From contig JAEETJ010000004.1 of the NCBI GenBank assembly GCA_016290295.1, forward strand, positions 10,546-74,545: 64,000 nucleotides of DNA, in the 5' to 3' direction. The notes beneath the pieces were generated by a model that was given only the letters and a program-made list of their open reading frames with translations, ran no database searches and was not told the DNA's origin. The DNA is from Bacteroidales bacterium. GTDB taxonomy: Bacteria > Bacteroidota > Bacteroidia > Bacteroidales > WCHB1-69. A program made the position numbers and the translations under genes. Of this stretch, positions 55,808 through 64,000 are shown piece after piece. The stretch's first letter is position 1. Each line of letters starts with the position of its first letter.

Positions 55808-55900
55808 AAGTTGAAAGGTAGCAGGTGGAAGGTGGAAGGTAGCAGTAATAAAGGTGTGAGAAGGTGAGTTCAAAATTCAAAATTCAAAAACAAAAAAAAA

Positions 55901-55975
55901 AACTCCCCTCGAACGAAGTGAGACTCCCCTTGAGGGCGAAGTCCGAAACTCCCCTCGAACGAAGTGAGACTCCCC
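55901..55975 (-). repeat. three GGGGAG-hairpin-family units in reverse orientation
   Basis: aaCTCCCCtcgaacgaagtgagaCTCCCCttgagggcgaagtccgaaaCTCCCCtcgaacgaagtgagaCTCCCC, preceded by an AATTCAAA tandem and an A-run. Confidence 0.8.
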
Positions 55976-56028
55976 AAAAAACAACTTACACATTTGCTAA
56001 TTAACTAATTTACAAATTATAACGCACT

Positions 56029-57225
<1,197 letters not shown>

Positions 57226-57561
57226 TCAATTAGTTAATTAGCAAATTAGCAAATTGGTTAATTAGTTAATGTGCTAATTAATTGTGGGTAAACAAAAAAA
57301 GGTGATGTTAGGAATTAGAAATAAACTATTGATAATGGAAATTTTGAGGGACTAGATTTCCAACAATAATGGATTAACCAAGGCCATTCTATTTCACCTT
57401 ACTCATCATCACCAAAAATACTTAAATATAAATAATTCATAATCAACACTATATACAAAACAAACTATTTCAAACAAAATTTCCGTCGTACTTACTTTTG
57501 TATTGATTTTTTTTGTATTTTTGCACTCCAATTTTGATTAACTATTAAAAACCAAATCATA

Positions 57562-57822
57562 ATGAAAAAAGGTATTCATCCAAAAGAGTATAGAACAGTG
57601 GTTTTCAAAGACATGTCCAATGAAATTGCATTCTTGACCAAGTCAACTGTTGCAACGAAGGACACCATTGTTTGGGAAGACGGCAAGGAATATCCCTTGG
57701 TAAAATTAGAAATCTCCAACACTTCACACCCCTTCTTCACAGGTAAGATGAAGCTGGTTGACACCGCCGGTCGTGTGGATAAATTCCGCAGCAAATACGG
57801 CAACTTCGGTAAGAAGAACTAA
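57562..57822 (+). CDS. rpmE: 50S ribosomal protein L31, type B (no zinc-binding Cys)
   Basis: 86-aa ORF: [15 protein letters not shown]...HPFFTGK...[14 protein letters not shown]. There is no CxxC motif. A TATTTTTG box lies at 57516-57523. Confidence 0.85.
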   Translation: MKKGIHPKEYRTVVFKDMSNEIAFLTKSTVATKDTIVWEDGKEYPLVKLEISNTSHPFFTGKMKLVDTAGRVDKFRSKYGNFGKKN

Positions 57823-57848
57823 GGAAATTTCTTTTTCCGACACCAAAG

Positions 57849-57877
57849 CACCTCCGTTTTCGGGGGTGTTTTTTTTT
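57849..57877 (+). terminator. rho-independent terminator of rpmE
   Basis: Stem CACCTCC/GGGGGTG (one G-U pair), loop gttttc, followed by T9. Confidence 0.75.
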
Positions 57878-57895
57878 GCCCAAAGGAGGGGCGTC

Positions 57896-57945
57896 AATTA
57901 AGAATTAAGAACTAAGAATTAAGAATTAAGAATTAAAAGTTAAAA
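57896..57945. repeat. tandem 7-nt AATTAAG repeats (~6 copies)
   Basis: aattaagaattaagaactaagaattaagaattaagaattaaaag. Confidence 0.85.
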
Positions 57946-58046
57946 ATCCTCAATTATTTAATACATATCACAGTATTTCAAGAATTTTATGTAGCTTTGC
58001 ATTTTCAAGTAAATTCATCAAAATAATCATATCAAAAAGAAACACT

Positions 58047-58967
58047 ATGAAAAAAATCTTTTCAATTTTGGCTATTGCATGCATCGCCATGCTGTTTTCC
58101 GCATGTCACAAAGATGGCATCTTTAATCCCAAGAAAAAAATCCACAAAATCTACGGTTCCAGTTCCTATACCGTAGATGGCAACACCCACAATTTCAGCA
58201 AGGAACTTCAAGAAGTATGGACATGGAACAAGAACAATACCCTTGCAAAAATTGAGACCTACTCCGGAAGTGACATTTATTCCACAGAGACTTTCTCCTA
58301 CAATAATAAAAAACAGATTTTGCGAGCAGATGGAATAGTCCCATCAGAGAACTCCACTTTTGCCATAGAATTCAAATACAAGAATAACAAACTGAGTGAA
58401 GCATCCTATTATTATGACAATTATTTAACCGGAACATATAAATTCACCCATAACAAAAACCAAATCACAAAAATCGAAGAATACTTTGACATGAGTAAGG
58501 GAAGCGGAACCAACCACATCAGAGCTCTGAGATTTATTTTACCCGACCAGCTATATCAAACCATTGAAGAGCAAGATAAAAAAATGCAGACATGTGGCAG
58601 CAAAGGTTATTTGGCCACCGTCTATGAATTCACTTGGGACAAAGATAACATTGTCAAAATGGTAACGACAGAACCAGAAGAAATGGGTGATGGTGAAGGA
58701 TATTCTTTTACCACAGAATTTCAATATGACAATTACAACAACCCATACAATGGTTTTTGGGATGCCGAGGGTGTAGAAATTTTTGGGGGATTCTGCTCCT
58801 CTAAAAACAACATCGTAAAGAAAAACATCATTTATAAAGAAGGTGATTTCAATGAATCATACACCTATGATTACACCTACATTGACAAATTCCCTCTTAC
58901 GGCCAGCCATACACAAGCGGAAGCAAATTACTCCTATACTAATACCCTCGAGTACGAGTACAAATAG
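58047..58967 (+). CDS. hypothetical lipoprotein (tandem paralog 1)
   Basis: 306-aa ORF, MKKIFSILAIACIAMLFSAC (lipobox). Collinear with the next gene: GIFNPKKKIHKIY.SSSYTVDGNT...EVWTWNKNNTLAKIE...LEYEYK. Confidence 0.65.
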   Translation: MKKIFSILAIACIAMLFSACHKDGIFNPKKKIHKIYGSSSYTVDGNTHNFSKELQEVWTWNKNNTLAKIETYSGSDIYSTETFSYNNKKQILRADGIVPSENSTFAIEFKYKNNKLSEASYYYDNYLTGTYKFTHNKNQITKIEEYFDMSKGSGTNHIRALRFILPDQLYQTIEEQDKKMQTCGSKGYLATVYEFTWDKDNIVKMVTTEPEEMGDGEGYSFTTEFQYDNYNNPYNGFWDAEGVEIFGGFCSSKNNIVKKNIIYKEGDFNESYTYDYTYIDKFPLTASHTQAEANYSYTNTLEYEYK

Positions 58968-59007
58968 AATTTCAAGTAAATTCATCAAAATAAACATATC
59001 AAAAAAA

Positions 59008-59940
59008 ATGAAAAAATTCTTTTCAATTTTGGCTGTCGCATGCATTGCCATGTTGTTTTCATCCTGTCACAAGGAAGGGGTCTTCAATCCCAAGAAAAAA
59101 ATCAGCAAAATTTATACTTCCTCCTCTTATACGGTCGATGGAAACACGACGACTTCCAATAGAACACTAACTGAGGAATGGACGTGGAACAAAAACAACA
59201 CCCTGGCCAAAACAGACCATCATTTCGGGCTATACGAAAGCACCGAAACCTATACATACGACAAGAAAAGAGTTGTTCGCATAGACGGCACCACTACTGA
59301 CATCAATTTTGGCCATAGTTACACCTATCGTATTGAATTCAAATACAATGGCAAAGAGTTGTCGGAAGCGGCCTATTACGACGGTGATGAATTGCAAACC
59401 AAGCTCGTATTTACCCATCAGAATGGTAAAATCAGCAAGATAGAACTCCTCGGAATGGGCATGGAATATATGGATAAACAACTCACATCCATGCACTCCT
59501 TGCTTCCGGAGCATTTGTATTCAAGTTTAGAAAAAATGTATAAGAGACGTCTTTCTAAGTCCAACGCCAAAGGCGAGGCCACCTTCAGTTGGGAACTTAC
59601 CTGGGATAAGAACAACGTAAGCAAGGCTATTTGTACAGCAAAATATGCAGAAGAAGTTGAAAAAGAAATCATGGAGTATAAATACGACAGCTACAACAAT
59701 CCTTTCTATGGTTATCTCTCTCCAGAAATGGCCGAGTATTCAGGTGCCGACTATTTTTCCCAAAACAATATTATCCAGATAACAACGCAATATCTAAGCA
59801 GTGATCCTGAGGATGAAGGCAGCACTGATATTGACAACTACTCGTACACCTACGAAGGGAAATACCCTGTAACCTGCACTCATACTGAAACTATCAGTAA
59901 AGACAGCTATACAGACATCACCGAATACGAATACAAATAG
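59008..59940 (+). CDS. hypothetical lipoprotein (tandem paralog 2)
   Basis: The ORF is trimmed to MKKFFSILAVACIAMLFSSC. Same block order as paralog 1, ending TEYEYK. The ~40-nt upstream leader (tttcaagtaaattcatcaaaataa.catatcaaaaa) is also duplicated. Confidence 0.65.
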   Translation: MKKFFSILAVACIAMLFSSCHKEGVFNPKKKISKIYTSSSYTVDGNTTTSNRTLTEEWTWNKNNTLAKTDHHFGLYESTETYTYDKKRVVRIDGTTTDINFGHSYTYRIEFKYNGKELSEAAYYDGDELQTKLVFTHQNGKISKIELLGMGMEYMDKQLTSMHSLLPEHLYSSLEKMYKRRLSKSNAKGEATFSWELTWDKNNVSKAICTAKYAEEVEKEIMEYKYDSYNNPFYGYLSPEMAEYSGADYFSQNNIIQITTQYLSSDPEDEGSTDIDNYSYTYEGKYPVTCTHTETISKDSYTDITEYEYK

Positions 59941-60032
59941 CGTAAGAAAAGCTCATAGTCAAGTATAAAGAACTAAGAGTGAAAAGCAACAATTAGCAAA
60001 TTGGCACATTTACTGATTTGCTAATTTTTTTG

Positions 60033-60040
60033 TATCTTTG
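60033..60040 (+). promoter_or_regulatory. -7 promoter box TATCTTTG for lon
   Basis: ttttttgTATCTTTGccg, 18 nt upstream of the lon ATG (60059). Confidence 0.6.
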
Positions 60041-60058
60041 CCGTTCAATTTTTTTAGC

Positions 60059-62473
60059 ATGGACGATTTATCACTCATCAACGATTTTATCAATAACGAA
60101 GCTAATTTCATACCCTTGTTCTCCTCAGATGATGAAGACGCGTTGAAAAACGAACAAGTGCCGGATTTGCTGCCGATACTGCCCTTACGCAACACTGTTT
60201 TGTTTCCCGGCATGGTGATTCCCATCACCGTGGGCCGCAACAAGTCCATACGCTTGGCACAGGAATACAGTCGCAGCAACGACCCCATCGGTGTGGTAGC
60301 GCAAAAGGACAATGATGTGGAAGAGCCGCAGATGGAGGACATGTACCCTGTGGGCACCCTTGCCCATATCCTGCGTTTCCTTTCCATGCCCGATGGCAGT
60401 GTCACCATCATTGTGCGTGGTCTCAAACGCTTTGAAATCAAGCAATTGGTTCAGACAGAGCCCTATTACAAGGCCTACGTTTCCGAATACATCACCAACG
60501 ACTTTGACCCGGCCATCAAGAGCAAACGCACTTTCAACGCCCTTATCGGCTCCATCAGAGACACGGCCATTTCGATGATCAAGAAATCGCCACAAATTCC
60601 GCAAGAGAGTGCCATCGCCCTCCGCAACATCGAAAGTTCTACCTTCCTGTTAAGTTTCGTCGCTTCAAACCTGTCAGTCAGCGTTGACGAAAAACAGAAA
60701 ATCCTGGAAATAGCAGACATAGAGGAACGTGCCAAATTGGTACTGAAACTACTCAACAACGACTTGCAGATGCTGGAACTGAAAAACCAGATTCAGTACA
60801 AGTCGAAACAGGAATTGGACAAGCAGCAGCGCGAGTATTTCCTGAACCAGCAGATGAAGACCATCCAGCAGGAATTAGGCGGCTCGCCCAGCGAGAAAGA
60901 TTACAATGAACTGAAAGAAAAGGCGGCTAAAAAGAAATGGAACGAGGAGACCAAAGAGCTGTTTGAGAAAGAGTTAGAGAAGCTGCGCCGCACCAATGCC
61001 ATGTCGCCCGACTACTCCGTACAGCTCAACTACCTGGAGCTGCTGGTGGAACTGCCGTGGAACGAGTACAGCGAAGACAATTTCGACTTGGAGCGTGCCC
61101 ACAAGATTCTGGACCGCGACCATTTCGGTTTGGACAAGGTGAAAGAGCGTATCATTGAATATTTGGCCGTGCTGAAGCTGAAAGGCGATATGAAATCGCC
61201 CATCTTGTGTTTGGCAGGCCCTCCGGGCGTAGGTAAAACCTCTTTAGGTCACTCCATTGCCGACGCCCTTGGCCGCAAGTACATCCGCATGTCATTAGGC
61301 GGCCTGCACGACGAATCGGAAATCCGTGGACACCGCAAGACCTATATCGGTGCCATGCCTGGCCGTGTCATCCAGAACATGCGCAAGGCCGGCTGCTCCA
61401 ACCCTGTTTTTGTCCTCGACGAAATCGACAAGGTGACGGGCATGACCGTACAAGGCGACCCCTCCGCAGCCTTACTCGAAGTTCTTGACCCAGAACAAAA
61501 TAGTGCTTTCTACGACAACTATTTGGAGACCACCTTCGACTTGTCGAAGGTACTCTTCATTGCCACAGCGAACAACCTGGGCAATATCCACCCTGCCCTG
61601 CTCGACCGTATGGAAATCATTGACATACCTGGCTACTTGCTGGAAGAGAAGGTTCAGATTGCCAAGAAACATCTCATTCCCAAGCAGTTGAAAGAGCACG
61701 GCATCAAGAAGAGCGAATTATCTTTCCCCGATAAAGTTATTGAACAGATTATCACGGAATACACCCGCGAATCGGGTGTGCGTCTGTTGGAGAAGACCAT
61801 CGCCCGCATCATCCGCAAGAGAGCGGCCCAGCTGGTAAAAACCGGTGAGATGGAGAAGAAAGTCCATTCCGAAGACCTGCAAGAATTGCTGGGTTCTCCC
61901 ATCTTCCAAAAAGAGAAGTCTTTCAACAACGACTGTCCCGGTGTGGCCACTGGCTTGGCTTGGACTGCCGTCGGCGGGGAAATACTCTTTGTGGAGGCTA
62001 TAACCAGTCCCGGCAAAGGCGGTTTAACCATGACCGGCAACTTGGGCGATGTGATGAAGGAGTCGGCCACCATTGCCTACGAGTACCTCAAAGCCCATGC
62101 CTCAGAGTATGGCATTAGCGACGAGACTTTTGAGAAGCAGAAGATACATGTACATGTGCCCGAAGGTGCCACCCCGAAAGACGGCCCCTCCGCCGGTATC
62201 ACCCTGCTCACCGCCATGATTTCCGCCTATACTGGTCGCTTGGTGCGTAACAAGATTGCCATGACCGGCGAAATTACCCTCCGTGGCAAGTTACTGCCCG
62301 TGGGCGGTATCAAGGAGAAGATTCTTGCTGCCAAGCGCTCTGGCATCTACGATATTGTGCTGTCCTCCGACAACAAGAAAGACATCGATGACATCAAGGA
62401 GAACTTTATCGATGGCATGAGGTTCCATTATTTTGACTCGATGAAAGAAGCTCTGGCGTACACTATTAATTAG
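60059..62473 (+). CDS. lon: ATP-dependent endopeptidase Lon
   Basis: The ORF is trimmed to [10 protein letters not shown]. It has a LON N-domain ([19 protein letters not shown]), an AAA+ Walker A (GPPGVGKTS), Walker B (VFVLDEIDK) and the protease Ser region ([11 protein letters not shown]). Confidence 0.9.
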   Translation: MDDLSLINDFINNEANFIPLFSSDDEDALKNEQVPDLLPILPLRNTVLFPGMVIPITVGRNKSIRLAQEYSRSNDPIGVVAQKDNDVEEPQMEDMYPVGTLAHILRFLSMPDGSVTIIVRGLKRFEIKQLVQTEPYYKAYVSEYITNDFDPAIKSKRTFNALIGSIRDTAISMIKKSPQIPQESAIALRNIESSTFLLSFVASNLSVSVDEKQKILEIADIEERAKLVLKLLNNDLQMLELKNQIQYKSKQELDKQQREYFLNQQMKTIQQELGGSPSEKDYNELKEKAAKKKWNEETKELFEKELEKLRRTNAMSPDYSVQLNYLELLVELPWNEYSEDNFDLERAHKILDRDHFGLDKVKERIIEYLAVLKLKGDMKSPILCLAGPPGVGKTSLGHSIADALGRKYIRMSLGGLHDESEIRGHRKTYIGAMPGRVIQNMRKAGCSNPVFVLDEIDKVTGMTVQGDPSAALLEVLDPEQNSAFYDNYLETTFDLSKVLFIATANNLGNIHPALLDRMEIIDIPGYLLEEKVQIAKKHLIPKQLKEHGIKKSELSFPDKVIEQIITEYTRESGVRLLEKTIARIIRKRAAQLVKTGEMEKKVHSEDLQELLGSPIFQKEKSFNNDCPGVATGLAWTAVGGEILFVEAITSPGKGGLTMTGNLGDVMKESATIAYEYLKAHASEYGISDETFEKQKIHVHVPEGATPKDGPSAGITLLTAMISAYTGRLVRNKIAMTGEITLRGKLLPVGGIKEKILAAKRSGIYDIVLSSDNKKDIDDIKENFIDGMRFHYFDSMKEALAYTIN

Positions 62474-62574
62474 CAAATTAGTAAATGTGATAATTAGTTA
62501 ATTATAATTTGAATTTAGAATTCAGAATTCACAACTGTCAACTTAAATAATCGGCTAATCAAAGCTACCGCACG

Positions 62575-62935
62575 AGAGTTTCCATCGGCTACAACAATAC
62601 CGTTTCGCGGCGGTCACATTTTCTGCTTCGGTGCATATATAACCCACGCCGCGACCGTGATGTATGACAATTCCAATTTCTATTGACATGGAATCCCTGA
62701 CGGGATTCGGTGACGGTGTGCACTCATCTTCCCAGGGTGTCGGTGCTCGTACCTCTTACCTCGCACCTTGCCCTGGACTATCGAGCCCTGCAGACCTAAA
62801 GGCCTGCATACATTGGCAACATCAGTTCATTGATGAATGAGTGCAGAAAACACCGATACACAGAGCGGACGCGATTCATCGCGTCCCTACAATGAAATCG
62901 GACACAACAAATTGCATTCCTACAGTAAATTTCAT
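62575..62935 (+). repeat. isolated GC-rich hairpin mosaic related to the island B/C modules
   Basis: The anchor hairpin TCGCGGCG/CGCCGCGA (62604-62611 / 62647-62654) encloses TGCTTCGGTGCA. Further hairpins are GAATCCC/GGGATTC, CCAGGG...CCCTGG, and GGACGCGAttcaTCGCGTCC followed by CTACA. Confidence 0.75.
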
Positions 62936-63005
62936 ATAGCTGTGAATAGTTTTGGAATTTTATGTAAATTTGTCCTTTCAAATTAAGAACAATAAACAAC
63001 TGATT

Positions 63006-64000
63006 GTGAGAAAGTTACAGTTATACACAGGACTATTTTTGCTGATTATTCTGCCATTTTTTTCTCAAGCGCAGGAAACTGACACGACAAAGAAGAAAAT
63101 AAGCCACCGTTTCACCACCTTAAGTTTCGAGGCGAGGGCTGAATTGGAATACTTAGGCACTTACCAATGGGATAACACCAACGACCCCATCACCTATCAT
63201 ATGGATGAGACCGGCTGGAACAGCAACTACGGCTTCCACGGCCAATATTTCAACTTTCTGATTGGCGGAGATATCGGCAACCACATCTCCTATTTCTTCC
63301 GCCAGCGCATCATTCCCAAAGCCGGTTCGGTCAGCTTTTTCGACAACACCGACTTCCTGTACATCCAATACCGCTTCAATGACCAATGGGCGATACGCAT
63401 GGGCAAAGAAGCCCTCTATGTTGGTGGTTTTGAGTACGATGCAGCACCCATTGATGTGTATTACTACACCCATTTCTGGGGCATCATCCATTGTTTCCAA
63501 CTGGGTGTTTCCGTTTCCTATACCGACAAACAGAAGAAAAACAAAATCGCCTTCCAGTTTGCCAACTCACCATATATTTATTATGAAGGCACAGGTAGCG
63601 AATGGAAGAAAGGTCTGTTTTCATACAACCTGTACTGGAATGGCAATTACGGTCCTTTCACCGCTTTGTATTCCATCAACCTGATGGAATATGAGCGTGG
63701 TTCTTTCGTGAATTACATCGCATTGGGCAATAAACTCTCGTTCGACAAATGGTCGATTTATATTGACTACCAGAACCGAGCTGCCAGCTTCAAGCACTTC
63801 TTCCGCGACTTCACCGTGGTAGGTCGATTGGACTGGCATGTCAGTCCAAGTGTAAACCTTTTTGCCAAAGGTGGTTACGACCAAAACTTCGCCGAAGATT
63901 TCTATACTGAGAAACCGATGGATGTGATGATACCCGCGGGACACAACTATCACTTCTATGGTCTTGGCATCGAGTTCAGACCCGCAACTTATCGTGATTT
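63006..64000 (+). CDS. putative porin / outer-membrane beta-barrel protein (3'-truncated by window end)
   Basis: This open frame is not in the supplied track because it has no stop in the window. A GTG start gives MRKLQLYTGLFLLIILPFFSQAQE (signal peptide), then aromatic-rich beta-strand sequence. A TAAATTTG -7 box lies at 62965-62972. The overlapping track ORFs on other frames look spurious. Confidence 0.55.
   Translation, partial: MRKLQLYTGLFLLIILPFFSQAQETDTTKKKISHRFTTLSFEARAELEYLGTYQWDNTNDPITYHMDETGWNSNYGFHGQYFNFLIGGDIGNHISYFFRQRIIPKAGSVSFFDNTDFLYIQYRFNDQWAIRMGKEALYVGGFEYDAAPIDVYYYTHFWGIIHCFQLGVSVSYTDKQKKNKIAFQFANSPYIYYEGTGSEWKKGLFSYNLYWNGNYGPFTALYSINLMEYERGSFVNYIALGNKLSFDKWSIYIDYQNRAASFKHFFRDFTVVGRLDWHVSPSVNLFAKGGYDQNFAEDFYTEKPMDVMIPAGHNYHFYGLGIEFRPATYRD

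Overview
This 64-kb window looks like a Bacteroidota (Bacteroidales-like) chromosome. The evidence is TAnnTTTG -7 promoter boxes, no Shine-Dalgarno sequences, T9SS C-terminal sorting domains, and PorD/PorT-like and FISUMP lipoprotein genes. No database search was run, so all family calls rest on motifs read from the translations.

Most of the window is housekeeping core: nadC, rplY, kbl-tdh, bamD-rpoZ-coaBC-DUF4835-recN, queH, glyQS, rpsT, kdsA, tgt, topB, sdaA, rpmE and lon. Two large C25 (gingipain-family) T9SS cargo protease paralogs sit in inverted orientation.

Between a DUF1599 gene (ends 21489) and a DoxX-like gene (starts 36541) lies a ~15-kb accessory island with no integrase, transposase or transfer genes. 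The island is a cassette array. Six copies of a ~140-230-nt promoter-bearing module (P1-P6) each precede a small accessory gene set:
- a PBECR-like gene with an in-frame stop
- a frameshifted small gene plus an XRE regulator
- a RelE/HigB-like plus HigA-like pair
- a hypothetical protein
- two ORF6N proteins

The cassettes are separated by GC-rich hairpin mosaics, called B and C modules here. The C modules contain REP-like GTAG+hairpin units.

The best candidate for an undescribed system sits in the middle of the island, on the opposite strand and visibly AT-richer. It is a translationally coupled four-gene operon (25115-31581): NurA-like nuclease, HerA-like HAS-barrel ATPase, Hsp90-type GHKL ATPase, and a B12-domain-like radical SAM enzyme. 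I cannot match this combination to any named defence or modification system.

Genome-wide oddities include 7-8-nt AT-rich tandem word arrays that start at stop codons, and GGGGAG-hairpin repeats at gene 3' ends.
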